Positions 8,088 to 17,657 of a DNA stretch of 64,000 nucleotides are shown in pieces (the first letter of the stretch is position 1; each line of letters begins with the position of its first letter). The stretch is from an uncultured Gammaproteobacteria bacterium (lineage in GTDB: Bacteria > Patescibacteriota > Microgenomatia > Levybacterales > UBA12049). The translations under genes and the position numbers were made by a program. Under the pieces are notes generated by a model that was not told the DNA's origin, searched no databases, and saw only the letters and a list, made by a program, of their open reading frames with translations. The stretch covers positions 69,949-133,948 of the forward strand of contig CAYMJR010000001.1 in NCBI GenBank assembly GCA_964391315.1, written 5' to 3'.

Positions 8088-9490
8088 ATTTTCTTTTTTA
8101 CTTTTATACCTTTTTTCGTATCCTCTATCTCATAACCAAGTCTTTCAATCTGCGCGCGGATCTGATCAGCTGCATTAAATTGTCGTTGGTGTCGAAGATG
8201 CTCACGTTCCTGTGCCATCTTAAGAATTTCATCAGGGACAATTCCTTGTTCTCTTTTTAGTTGAGATGAAATTTCTCTTATATTAAATCCGAGGACTTGA
8301 TCCATCCGGAACAAACTATTTGCTTTTGCACCTGATGGTTGATCAGACTTGACCATTTCCCAAACAACTGCAAGAGCCTTTGGCATATTTAGATCATCAT
8401 TAATCGCTTCAAGAAACTTTTCCTCAAAATCTCTGCATCTTCCCTCAGGATCTTCCCATTTCATCACTTCTTCATACAAATTCTTCAGTGCATGTTCTGC
8501 TGCTTCAAGAGACGGAAAAGTGAAATTCATTTCCTGTCGGTAATGTGTCTGCATATACAAATATCGCAATCCAAATGCGGTATAACCCATTTTTTCAAGA
8601 TCATACAATTTATAATTATTTCCAAGACTTTTACTCATACGCTCACCTTGTATCAACATAAATGCTGAATGCACCCAATAATCAACAAATTTTTTACCTG
8701 TTGCTGCTTCCGACTGAGCGATTTCATTTGGATGATGGGTTTGTTTGAGATCTATACCACCTGCATGGATATCAAAATGTTCACCTAAATATTTCATACT
8801 CATCGCAGAACATTCAATATGCCAACCAGGAAATCCCTTACCCCACGGACTTTTCCATTCCATTTGCCGTTTAGGCAACCCTGAGCCTGTCGAAGGGCTG
8901 AATTTCCATAATGCAAAATCACGGGCATTTTTCTTCTCTTCATTGATTTCAACACGTGCACCTTCTTTAATTTGATCCAAATCAGATAACTCTCCATAAT
9001 CTTTAAATTTAGAGGTATCAAAATAAATACCATCAGAAGTCTGATAGGTAAAACCTTTTTCTTCCAAACGCTTAATCAGTTCTATCTGTTCCTGAATATG
9101 ATCTGTTGCTTTGCTAAATCTTTCAGGTTTTTCTAAATTCAATTCTCCGAAATCTTTGAGAAATGCGTCTGCATAAAATTTCGCAATGTCCCATGCTGTT
9201 TTGTTCTCTTTTTTGGCTGCTTTTTCCATTCTGTCTTCACCAAGATCTGCATCTCCCAAATTATCACCTGTTAAATGTCCGACATCGGTCAAATTCATGA
9301 CGTACTTTACATCAAAACCATTGTATTTGAGTGTGCGGAATAGCAGATCAGCAGTCGTGTAGGTACGGAAATTTCCAATGTGTGCGAAATCATACACCGT
9401 CGGTCCACAAGTGTACATCCCAACGTGAGGTGGGTTTATCGGCTTAAATTCTTCAATAGTTCTTGAAAGAGAATTATAAATCTTTAGCAT
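8084..9490 (-). CDS. cysS: Cysteine--tRNA ligase
   Basis: 468 aa. MYTCGPTVYDFAHIGNFRTY (HIGH region), KMSKS present as RMSKSLGN, WHIECSAM zinc site. Confidence 0.95.
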   Translation of the reverse strand: MLKIYNSLSRTIEEFKPINPPHVGMYTCGPTVYDFAHIGNFRTYTTADLLFRTLKYNGFDVKYVMNLTDVGHLTGDNLGDADLGEDRMEKAAKKENKTAWDIAKFYADAFLKDFGELNLEKPERFSKATDHIQEQIELIKRLEEKGFTYQTSDGIYFDTSKFKDYGELSDLDQIKEGARVEINEEKKNARDFALWKFSPSTGSGLPKRQMEWKSPWGKGFPGWHIECSAMSMKYLGEHFDIHAGGIDLKQTHHPNEIAQSEAATGKKFVDYWVHSAFMLIQGERMSKSLGNNYKLYDLEKMGYTAFGLRYLYMQTHYRQEMNFTFPSLEAAEHALKNLYEEVMKWEDPEGRCRDFEEKFLEAINDDLNMPKALAVVWEMVKSDQPSGAKANSLFRMDQVLGFNIREISSQLKREQGIVPDEILKMAQEREHLRHQRQFNAADQIRAQIERLGYEIEDTKKGIKVKKKI

Positions 9491-9496
9491 GTTTGC

Positions 9497-9525
9497 ATTA
9501 TACCTGAAGCTAAACGAAGATTCAA
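9497..9525 (-). promoter_or_regulatory. Promoter of cysS (TTGAAT-N17-TATAAT), ATG 6 nt after the -10
   Basis: Minus strand: -35 at 9525-9520, -10 at 9502-9497, ATG at 9490. No SD sequence. Confidence 0.5.
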
Positions 9526-9639
9526 AGGAGGAAGAACAATTTAATGTTCTGGTGGCTCTTGATGACTAATAATTTCCTCAATTTTTCCAATAAAAATATC
9601 TTGAACTTCTTTAATTTCTCTATCCCTCTCTGCTCGCGT

Positions 9640-10224
9640 TTATTCAATTTGCCTAAGACTCGTATCAACAGCTGCCTTCAATTCAATTAATTCAGCAAGA
9701 TCTGTAATTCTATCCCTTGAAAGAGTAAGTTTCAACCCACCTGTCTCTGCAAAAGAATTTAAAAATACTTTTGTCTCTCCAGGGATAAGAGCAGAATTTC
9801 CATTGAACGTACTCTCATCTCTGTTAAGATACCATGCTCCTGAAGAAGTAAAATAGTCCGTGTCTGTATCTTCTGTTGTCTCACCTTTATGAACCTGTCC
9901 ATTATTGAAAAATATAACAAAATCATCATTTGAAGGCAAAATATAGCCAGCGAGTTTTAGTTGTGTTTCGTCTTTCTGATTTCTAACAAAGATCCCTGCT
10001 CCTAAACCTTTTTCATTCCACGCTTCCATAGCTTTAGGCAAATCCAGGGTGTCTGGTAAAACATCTGCCCTGAGTACTTTTAGCATTTGCTTTTCATCAT
10101 CCTTCAAATCTCTTGCAATACCGCTAAAAAGAGCAGTAATATCTGCTTTTCCTAACCCGTCCATGCGTTTACGCTGTGCAGCAGCGTGTTCTTTGTCTAC
10201 TGGGAACCGTTGTTCTTTGCCCAT
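9640..10224 (-). CDS. Hypothetical protein
   Basis: The track start at 10254 lies inside the loop of the upstream terminator hairpin, so ATG at 10224 (MGKEQRF...) is preferred. No recognisable family. Confidence 0.5.
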   Translation of the reverse strand: MGKEQRFPVDKEHAAAQRKRMDGLGKADITALFSGIARDLKDDEKQMLKVLRADVLPDTLDLPKAMEAWNEKGLGAGIFVRNQKDETQLKLAGYILPSNDDFVIFFNNGQVHKGETTEDTDTDYFTSSGAWYLNRDESTFNGNSALIPGETKVFLNSFAETGGLKLTLSRDRITDLAELIELKAAVDTSLRQIE

Positions 10225-10236
10225 AATTCCCTTTCG

Positions 10237-10263
10237 CAAAAAAAAGCCCTCCATCGGGAGGGT
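10237..10263 (-). terminator. Intrinsic terminator after the 10364-10975 gene
   Basis: Minus-strand CCCTCC-CGAT-GGAGGG hairpin followed by a C plus T8 run. Confidence 0.7.
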
Positions 10264-10363
10264 TCGTGATTAATGTAATTGTTTAAGCTGTAACAGCCAC
10301 CTTAAATAATAAGTCTTATACATGAGCTTAGTGTAGCACTTTTTATAGTTCTGTCAATATAGC

Positions 10364-10975
10364 TCATCCGGCTGCGCCGCGGTTCATTTCTGCTTTGTTA
10401 CGTGCTCTTGTCACAGCAATTGGTTCTTTCTTCTTCTGTTCTTGTAGTTCTTCCATCTGTTGTTTTTCCTGCTCTTCTTCCTGTTCCTTTTGTTGATCTT
10501 GTTGCTGTCTTTTTTGAGCTTCCTTTCTTATATCAGACTCCAAATTGGTAATATCACCAAACGTTGGAACATAATATTCTGATCTGTGAGTCTGTTGGAG
10601 TTCTCGGCGTGCTCGTTGAAGCTTTTCTTCATCATCTGGATTTGCAGCCTGAACTTTTGCTGCTGCATGAGTCTGTGTCGGATGAATTCCTTGTTGTGCA
10701 GCAGCCGCGGCAGCATGAGTTTGAGCTGCTTGGACTTTTTGTACCTGAGCCTGCGGATCAACTGTAGCATCTGCTTGTTGATCATCATCAGTTGCACTGG
10801 GACTACTCGAGCCATAGAGCTGACTGAGAAAAGCTTTCGTTGTCGCTTTGACCTGCTGTGCTGTCTGTTTTACAGCGCTTGTTGCAACTTTATTAATGTC
10901 TTGAACTGGTTTTTGGACAACGGGAATGTCCTCAAATCCATCTTCCAATTCAAAAGGATCTCGTGCATTTGGCAT
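10364..10975 (-). CDS. Hypothetical low-complexity (Q/A/E-rich) protein
   Basis: 203 aa. Long A/Q tracts (AQTHAAAAAAQQG) and a QQQDQQKEQEEEQEKQQMEE tract. No family recognised. Confidence 0.5.
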   Translation of the reverse strand: MPNARDPFELEDGFEDIPVVQKPVQDINKVATSAVKQTAQQVKATTKAFLSQLYGSSSPSATDDDQQADATVDPQAQVQKVQAAQTHAAAAAAQQGIHPTQTHAAAKVQAANPDDEEKLQRARRELQQTHRSEYYVPTFGDITNLESDIRKEAQKRQQQDQQKEQEEEQEKQQMEELQEQKKKEPIAVTRARNKAEMNRGAAG

Positions 10976-11007
10976 AGCCCTATCTTACTACAAAAATCAA
11001 TAAATAT

Positions 11008-11616
11008 CTAATAGTCACTTCTGCCTTCCATCGCACGCTCAAGTGTAGTAGGGTCAGCATATTCGAGATCTGCACCTGTAGGTAATCCGCGTCCAATCCT
11101 CGTAACTTTTAACTTTTCATTTTGAACTTTTAATTGTTTGGAAATGTACATCGCCGTTGCCTCTCCTTCCATCGTCGGGTTTGTCGCCAATATTATCTCC
11201 TCTATTCCTGATGCTGGATCCTTGATTCTCTCAAGCAATTGTTGAATATAAATTTCATCTGGACCGATATTATTGAGTGGATCAATTTTCCCATGCAGCA
11301 CATGATAAATCCCATGATATTTACCACTTTTTTCAAGAGCTAGGACATCCAGCGGCTGTTCAACAACGCAGACGACACTATGATCACGCTGTAAATCACT
11401 GCAAATTGAGCATGGATCTGTTTCATCAACAGAATAACAAGTGGAACACATGACAGTATTTGCTTTTAAATTCGCAACAGAATTCGCAAACCGATCAAGT
11501 TCTCCTTGTGGAACATGCAACAGATAAAACGTTAAACGCTGCGCTGTCTTTGGACCTACCCCCGGAAGTCTTTCAAATGATTCGATAACACTTTGTATTG
11601 CTTTTGGTATTTTCAT
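11008..11616 (-). CDS. recR: Recombination protein RecR
   Basis: 202 aa. LPGVGPKTAQRL helix-hairpin-helix, C4 zinc finger (CSTC...CSIC), Toprim region. Confidence 0.95.
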   Translation of the reverse strand: MKIPKAIQSVIESFERLPGVGPKTAQRLTFYLLHVPQGELDRFANSVANLKANTVMCSTCYSVDETDPCSICSDLQRDHSVVCVVEQPLDVLALEKSGKYHGIYHVLHGKIDPLNNIGPDEIYIQQLLERIKDPASGIEEIILATNPTMEGEATAMYISKQLKVQNEKLKVTRIGRGLPTGADLEYADPTTLERAMEGRSDY

Positions 11617-11681
11617 AATTTAAAACTGTCATGCCGACCCCTGGGATCCTGAAACAAGCTCAGGATGACAAAATGTAGAGC

Positions 11682-12584
11682 TTAGGATTTATTTTTTAAT
11701 TCTTTCGCTACCATCTCAGCAACTGACAAAATTTCTAACTTTTCAAATCGTTTCTCCTCTGGTACGTTAACACTATCTGTCACAAACACCTTTTTAACGA
11801 CAGAGTTCTGCAACAGTTCTGGTGCTTCTTTGCTAAAAACAGGATGCGTTGCAAAAACATAAATTTCCGAAACTCCATGTTTGTGAAGTAATTTTGCTGA
11901 CTCAACAATCGTTCCTCCGCTTGCAATCATATCATCAACAACAAATGCTCTTGACGATAAATTTGAGACTTCCCGATCAAACTTTTCGATCACAATCTTG
12001 CCGGTATTGAGATCCCGATCTTTGACAGTCGCAATCCATTCCATACCGTCCAGTAACTCAGACATTTTGCCAATTCGGCGAAGCCCTCCCATGTCTGGTG
12101 AAACAAGAATCCCTCCTCCTAACTCTTTTATTTTATTTGCAAACAATGGAAGCGCTGATAAGTGCGCAACTGGAACAGAAAACACTTCAGGAATTTTAAT
12201 AGAATGAAAATCGACTGCAATTACTTTTGTTGTCCCTGTTCTTTCCAGCGCGTGAACAACAACATCCAACGATACCGCTTCGCCATCCCGGAAAACGTGA
12301 TCTTGTCGCTGATACCCAAGATATGGAACAACAACAGTAATACTTTCTGCACCGCTTCTTTCCAATCCATCAATAATAAAGAAAAGTTCCATAAAATTCT
12401 CTGCGGTTGGAGTACTTGTCGACTGAACAACAACACAATGTTCATCAACGACACGTTCCTGGATCTGGATCCGCTTCTCTCCATCAGGAAAAACAAAAAT
12501 TTCAATCGGAGAAAGCTCCTGACCCATCGCATGAGCAATTTTTTCTGCAAGTGGTTTATTCGACGTACCGGAGAATATCTTCAT
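11682..12584 (-). CDS. prs: Ribose-phosphate pyrophosphokinase family protein (paralog 2)
   Basis: 300 aa. VVPYLGYQRQD and VVDDMIASGGT PRPP-binding motifs. Confidence 0.85.
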   Translation of the reverse strand: MKIFSGTSNKPLAEKIAHAMGQELSPIEIFVFPDGEKRIQIQERVVDEHCVVVQSTSTPTAENFMELFFIIDGLERSGAESITVVVPYLGYQRQDHVFRDGEAVSLDVVVHALERTGTTKVIAVDFHSIKIPEVFSVPVAHLSALPLFANKIKELGGGILVSPDMGGLRRIGKMSELLDGMEWIATVKDRDLNTGKIVIEKFDREVSNLSSRAFVVDDMIASGGTIVESAKLLHKHGVSEIYVFATHPVFSKEAPELLQNSVVKKVFVTDSVNVPEEKRFEKLEILSVAEMVAKELKNKS

Positions 12585-12588
12585 ACTA

Positions 12589-13545
12589 TTAGAGAATTAA
12601 ACCTGAACTGATTGATTCTCCTGAGCGGATGCGGCGGATTGCTTCAGCAATAAGTGGAGCAACCGACACAATTTTGATTTTTGCATTATTACGGACTTCT
12701 TCACGATGAGCAATTGAGTCTGTAATAATCATTTCTTCAATTGCAGAATCGTTAATTTTCTGTAATGCATCACCTGATAAAACTCCATGTGTCGCGACAA
12801 CTCTGACACTCTTTGCACCTTTTTCTTTAATATGATTTGCTGCATTCACAATCGTTCCTGCAGTATCAACCATATCATCAACTAAAATAACATCACGATC
12901 CTTAACATTACCAATCATCGCTTGAGTATTTGAAACATTATTGAGCAAAATATCACGTTTTTTGTAGACAAGTGCAATATCATCTGATTTGACAAGTCTT
13001 GCGTATGCTGCTGCGCGTACCATTCCCCCTTTATCTGGAGCTGCGACAACAGGATCTCCTAAATTTCTTTTTTGGATTTCCGGTAGTAATGAATAACTAC
13101 CGAAAAGATTATCCCATGGAATATGGGTAAATCCTTCCTGCTGTTCTGAATGAATATCCAACGTTAAGATGTGATTTGCACCTGCATTAGTAATTGCACT
13201 GGCAACAACTGAAGAACTGATTGGAACACGTGACATTTCCTTTCTGTCTTGTCGTGCATAACCATAGTATGGGATGACTGCAGTGATTTCTTGTGATGAG
13301 GCTCTTCTGGCAGCATCAATCATAAAAAGAAGTTCCATTATGTGATCGTTAACAGGGGTTGAGGTCGGCTGGATGATAAACACCATCCGTCGTCTTAAGT
13401 TTTTACTGATTCGTACGCGGATTTCTCCGTCTGAAAAAATACTAATTGGCTCCAGAACTTCGACACCAAGTATTTCTCCAATAGCATGTGCAAGAGCAGG
13501 GTTTGCCCGCCCAGTTAGTATGACAAAATCGTCACTGTTTGACAT
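12589..13545 (-). CDS. prs: Ribose-phosphate pyrophosphokinase (paralog 1)
   Basis: VIPYYGYARQDRK and LVDDMVDTAGT motifs. ATG at 13545 chosen: GGAGG lies 8 nt upstream and it sits 1 nt after the ybaB stop. Confidence 0.9.
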   Translation of the reverse strand: MSNSDDFVILTGRANPALAHAIGEILGVEVLEPISIFSDGEIRVRISKNLRRRMVFIIQPTSTPVNDHIMELLFMIDAARRASSQEITAVIPYYGYARQDRKEMSRVPISSSVVASAITNAGANHILTLDIHSEQQEGFTHIPWDNLFGSYSLLPEIQKRNLGDPVVAAPDKGGMVRAAAYARLVKSDDIALVYKKRDILLNNVSNTQAMIGNVKDRDVILVDDMVDTAGTIVNAANHIKEKGAKSVRVVATHGVLSGDALQKINDSAIEEMIITDSIAHREEVRNNAKIKIVSVAPLIAEAIRRIRSGESISSGLIL

Positions 13546-13546
13546 C

Positions 13547-13837
13547 TTATTTTCCTCCAAGCATTCCAGCCAGTCCGGAAAGCCCACCTGTCATTGATTG
13601 CAATTTCTTTGCTGCAACTTCCTGAGATTTTTTAATCGCTTCGTTTACTGCTTCTTTGATATCATCGTCTGATTTACCGTTTGATTTGATTTCCCAAATT
13701 TTTTGATCAGCACTGATCTTAACATATACACCCTTTTTACTCACTTCAACAATTTCCTGTTGGAGTTGTTTTTGGATCTGCATTGCTTGATCCCGCATTT
13801 TTTTAAGTTCTCCTATTTGTGAAAATGGATTCATCAT
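13547..13837 (-). CDS. ybaB: Nucleoid-associated protein YbaB/EbfC
   Basis: 96 aa. KMRDQAMQIQKQLQQEIVEVS...GVYVKISADQKI pattern. Sits in the conserved dnaX-ybaB-recR neighbourhood. Confidence 0.85.
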   Translation of the reverse strand: MMNPFSQIGELKKMRDQAMQIQKQLQQEIVEVSKKGVYVKISADQKIWEIKSNGKSDDDIKEAVNEAIKKSQEVAAKKLQSMTGGLSGLAGMLGGK

Positions 13838-13865
13838 ATTTTAATCACCTCGCTTTTCGTCTAGA

Positions 13866-15350
13866 CTATTTCCTCAATTCTACAACAACTTCGACGTCTT
13901 TTCCAGTGAGTAATTTACTCACTTTCATAAGCGCATCTCTTGTCTTCATCTCGTCAAGACGCTCTTTATGAAATTTGTAATTTGTTCCTATCACAAGTGT
14001 TTTTTTATCAAAACTCTTAATAATACATCCTCTGAGAAGTCCAGCAATGGTATGATTATACTGCTTCATTTCAGAAATTAATTGTTTCCAAAATGCACTG
14101 AGCCATTCGTTGGTCACTTCACTATTTGGAGAGGCATGCATTAACTCAACCTTTGTTGTTGGGATTTCTTCTTTTACTTTTGTGTCTTGTTTGGGAGCGC
14201 CATACAATGCTTGAATTTTTTTAATGGTTCCCACCTGTTTTCGAAGACTGGAAACAGTCACTCCTTCCTGTCCTGTTGAAGCTGAAATTGTGACAGAATC
14301 TTCATATGTTGCGATTTGAGTATATTCAATGATCGCAAGTTCCAATGGCAATTGAGGAACAATTGCAAATTTTGTATCTTGATAAGCTTTTGATAACATC
14401 TCGACTAATATCTTTATTTCATTCAAAGTAAAATCTGAAGGTGCAGGTTGATCATTAACTTTAATTCGAACTAAAAGTAAACCGTGAAGCGTTTCTATTA
14501 GTTGCTGAAGAAAATACTTTATATCTATGCCCTGTTCTACGACCTGCTTTACTATTTCCAAACTTTCTCCGGTCTTTTCTTCTTTTAAAAGCTTTAACAA
14601 ATTATTTGTGAAATGAGTTATATTTGATACCTGATATTTTTGCTCAACCAATTCTTTCGTGATCTTTTTTCCATCACTCAAAGAAACAATTTCTTCCAAA
14701 ATTTTTGCCCCATCACGAAATCCTCCATCTGCCAGTGACGCAATCATTGTCAACGCTTCATCAGTAATGTCAATTTTTTCTCCAGTCACAATCCGCTTAA
14801 ATGATCTGACGAGTTCCTCTGTCGTTGCGAGATGGAATGAGATATGCATGCAGCGTGAGATAATTGTCTGCGGCACTTTATGTGGTTCTGTCGTACAAAG
14901 AATAAACATCGCATGACTTGGCGGCTCTTCAAGTGTTTTCAACAGTGCATTAAATGCCTCGGTTGTAAGCATGTGCACTTCATCGATAATGTAGACTTTT
15001 TTCTTTGCGGAAGCAGGAGAAAGCCGGATTTTTTCTTTGAGATCACGGATTTCATCAATACCGCGATTTGATGCTGCGTCAATTTCGAGAACATCAAGAT
15101 TAGTGCCATCAGTAATCGAAATACATTGTTGACACGTATTACATGGCTCAACACTTCCTTCTTTTCTGTTTTCGCAATTAATAACTTTGGCAATTAATCT
15201 TGCAGCTGATGTTTTTCCTAATCCTTTCGGACCGGTAAATAAAAAAGCATGTGTGGTGGAATTTTTCAGAACAGAAGTGAGTATTTCGCGAACAGCAGCA
15301 TTATCAAGATCATCAATACGTTGGGGACGGTATTTTCGATAGTAAACCAT
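13866..15350 (-). CDS. dnaX: DNA polymerase III subunit gamma/tau
   Basis: 494 aa. YRKYRPQ start, Walker A GPKGLGKTS, zinc module CENRKEGSVEPCNTCQQC, DEVHMLT, SRC motif. Confidence 0.95.
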   Translation of the reverse strand: MVYYRKYRPQRIDDLDNAAVREILTSVLKNSTTHAFLFTGPKGLGKTSAARLIAKVINCENRKEGSVEPCNTCQQCISITDGTNLDVLEIDAASNRGIDEIRDLKEKIRLSPASAKKKVYIIDEVHMLTTEAFNALLKTLEEPPSHAMFILCTTEPHKVPQTIISRCMHISFHLATTEELVRSFKRIVTGEKIDITDEALTMIASLADGGFRDGAKILEEIVSLSDGKKITKELVEQKYQVSNITHFTNNLLKLLKEEKTGESLEIVKQVVEQGIDIKYFLQQLIETLHGLLLVRIKVNDQPAPSDFTLNEIKILVEMLSKAYQDTKFAIVPQLPLELAIIEYTQIATYEDSVTISASTGQEGVTVSSLRKQVGTIKKIQALYGAPKQDTKVKEEIPTTKVELMHASPNSEVTNEWLSAFWKQLISEMKQYNHTIAGLLRGCIIKSFDKKTLVIGTNYKFHKERLDEMKTRDALMKVSKLLTGKDVEVVVELRK

Positions 15351-15382
15351 AAAATCTCAGAACTCAAATGTTAAATCTCAAA

Positions 15383-15769
15383 TTATTCGTGATGCAAACC
15401 TAGAAGGTGCAACATTCCATGTTTGACCAATTCGTCAACCCGTTCATCAACGAGCATTTCGTATTGTGCTGCTTCTTTAATCACCATTGGGTATGAAATG
15501 ACAATATCACCAAGCCGTGTGATGTCGGATGGCAAATGGGTCTGTTCACCTTCTGACAGTGGGAAAGAAAGAATATTGGTTGTCCCCTCTTTGTCGCGGT
15601 ATTGCTTATTAAGTTTGGTCATTTTACGATCACCAACAATAGCAATTGAGACTTCAATGGGGCTTTGGACGTTATTTTCTTGCAGAACAGAATCAATCGC
15701 AGATTTTATTTTCTTTCGATTGATTTTATATCTACTTTCAACATAAATAAGGACCTTTGCTGTATTCAT
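15383..15769 (-). CDS. ybeY: rRNA maturation endoribonuclease YbeY
   Basis: 128 aa. C-terminal HGMLHLLGLHH metal-binding motif. Confidence 0.9.
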   Translation of the reverse strand: MNTAKVLIYVESRYKINRKKIKSAIDSVLQENNVQSPIEVSIAIVGDRKMTKLNKQYRDKEGTTNILSFPLSEGEQTHLPSDITRLGDIVISYPMVIKEAAQYEMLVDERVDELVKHGMLHLLGLHHE

Positions 15770-15774
15770 CTATT

Positions 15775-15963
15775 TTACACAAGCTTCATTCTTGCAGCTT
15801 CTTCTTGCTTGAGTTTTTTCTTCAATTTTTTAGCAAGAGATGGCTTCAAATGAAATTTGCGACGTTTTGCTTCTTCCACAATACGAGCATCCCGCACTTT
15901 ATTTGAAAAAGTTCGGATGAGTTGATCGTCTGATTGTCCTGGCATTTTCTTAACGTAAACCAT
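15775..15963 (-). CDS. rpsU: 30S ribosomal protein S21
   Basis: ATG at 15963 (MVYVKKMPGQSDDQLIRTFSNKV...) is preceded by GAGGGAGGTG. Basic C-terminus. Confidence 0.85.
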   Translation of the reverse strand: MVYVKKMPGQSDDQLIRTFSNKVRDARIVEEAKRRKFHLKPSLAKKLKKKLKQEEAARMKLV

Positions 15964-16086
15964 AAAAAAGAACACCTCCCTCAAAATTAAACTTGTAGTG
16001 TTTTATTTTACCTCAAATCAGCCTCTGTGTAAAGGAGATACCTTGTTTTTTTTAATCCGTATATGCTATTATTTTGAAGATTATAT

Positions 16087-16638
16087 ATGACAGAAGCAGA
16101 ATCACCAGGAGCATTTCCTGATCCACAAGCAAGAGACCCATATGATGACGAGGCTCTTGAGAGAGTTTTTACGGATGACCATCTTGTTACCCAAGAACAA
16201 TTGGATCAATGGAAAACAGGAAAAATGACAACATTCCCTCAAGGGACTAAAGTAATGTTAGAAGTCGATATTCCCAATCCAACTTCTGATACTTTTGCAA
16301 GAAATAAAGATCCATTTATCAAAGTATCCTTGGGCCCTGTTGAATTACCAAAAGCTGTTCGTGGCGAGAATCGTAAGATGAATGTAAAACGGCCACCGGG
16401 GAAAAATTTTTTTCTTTCTGGTTATCGTATTGGAGACAAAACCCCACCAGATGAAGAAGGAGTAGCACTTCTTTCACCACATCAAGCGCTTGATGCAGTA
16501 ACGGGGGGTGACCAGACAAAACTCCAAACACTTCTTGAAGGAGCAAATGTTAACCCCGACACCATAACCGGTGTCAATATCTTTGTAGGGGTTCGCAGAC
16601 CTCATTACGATCGACCAGTGTCTGGTCATATCAAATAA
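16087..16638 (+). CDS. Hypothetical protein
   Basis: 183 aa. Acidic, P-rich N-terminus. No family recognised. Confidence 0.5.
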   Translation: MTEAESPGAFPDPQARDPYDDEALERVFTDDHLVTQEQLDQWKTGKMTTFPQGTKVMLEVDIPNPTSDTFARNKDPFIKVSLGPVELPKAVRGENRKMNVKRPPGKNFFLSGYRIGDKTPPDEEGVALLSPHQALDAVTGGDQTKLQTLLEGANVNPDTITGVNIFVGVRRPHYDRPVSGHIK

Positions 16639-16691
16639 TTATTTTTATAAAATCCCAGAATTTATCGCTTTGTGATAAAATACAAACACCT

Positions 16692-17657
16692 ATGGACAAA
16701 AAACTAAACATCGTCTGTCTTGGTGGCGGGGTCGGCACCAGTAATATGCTCCGAGGACTCAAGCACTACCCTGTTCACTTAACAGTTGTCACCTCAATGG
16801 TCGATGACGGCGGATCATCCGGACGTTTGAGAAAATACTATAAAATGATGCCTCCTGGCGATATGATCTCCTGTATTGCCGCACTCATTCCTGACGAACA
16901 AGAAGAACTCAGACAGCTCCTCATCTATCGCTTTCCAGGTGACGGAGAAGCAGACAATACTATTGATGGACACAAACTCGGCAATCTTATCATGCTCGCG
17001 GAATTCCTACGAACCGGAGATTTTTATAGTGCGCTTGAAAAAACCAAACAAATATTTGGCGTGACCGCAGATCTTTTCCCGGCGACAGACACACGTACTG
17101 ATTTATCAGCACTTACCAATGACGGTCGAACCATTCATACCGAAGAAACGCTTGATCTGGCACTCTATAGTGAGCCGCATGGTCTGAAAAAAATCTTTGT
17201 TAAACCAGAAGACGCACCGGTCAATGAAAAAATGATCCAAAATATTCTTGATGCGGATGTGATTATCAGCGGACCTGGAGACCTTTATACCAATCAATTA
17301 CCGGTTCTTGTTATTCCAAAAATTAAAGAGGCATTTCTGCAAAGTCGCGCAAAGAAAATTTTCGTCCTAAATATTGCTAATAAACCTTTTGAAACAAAAG
17401 ATTTTACGTTACAGAATTTTATTGAAGCTTTCACAGAACATCTTGGAACATTTCCTTTTGATATTGTGATTGCCAATAACAATCATACATTTCCTATTCC
17501 AACAAAATATCGTTACCGTTATATTCAAATCGACGAAGCATTACGAGACAACAAAAACTTTTCGCTTGTTGAAAAAGATCTTGTAAGTGAAGATTTTCCT
17601 ATTGCTCACAATCCGAAAAAGTTGGCTAAAGCTATCATGAACGAAATTATTGCTTAA
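16692..17657 (+). CDS. YvcK/CofD-family (UPF0052) protein
   Basis: 321 aa. VCLGGGVGTSNMLRGLK and VTSMVDDGGSSGRLR motifs. Confidence 0.85.
   Translation: MDKKLNIVCLGGGVGTSNMLRGLKHYPVHLTVVTSMVDDGGSSGRLRKYYKMMPPGDMISCIAALIPDEQEELRQLLIYRFPGDGEADNTIDGHKLGNLIMLAEFLRTGDFYSALEKTKQIFGVTADLFPATDTRTDLSALTNDGRTIHTEETLDLALYSEPHGLKKIFVKPEDAPVNEKMIQNILDADVIISGPGDLYTNQLPVLVIPKIKEAFLQSRAKKIFVLNIANKPFETKDFTLQNFIEAFTEHLGTFPFDIVIANNNHTFPIPTKYRYRYIQIDEALRDNKNFSLVEKDLVSEDFPIAHNPKKLAKAIMNEIIA

Noticed and set aside
9523-9639. An open frame of 38 codons continuing in-frame after the TAA stop of the 9640 gene (TRAERDREIKEVQDIFIGKIEEIISHQEPPEH). This could suggest stop-codon readthrough.
   Set aside because: There is no start codon in it and no recoding signal that I can see. 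TAA is a strong stop, and an open stretch of this length can arise by chance. The region also contains the cysS promoter. I treat it as non-coding.
11628-11669. The palindromic element GTCATGCCGACCCCTGGGATCCTGAAACAAGCTCAGGATGAC between prs and recR. Its inner hairpin is ATCCTGA-N7-TCAGGAT. I considered it as a terminator or a miniature repeat element.
   Set aside because: No U-tract follows it on the transcribed (minus) strand, and I found only this one copy in the window. It may be an RNA-stability hairpin or a dispersed repeat, but neither can be supported from this window alone.
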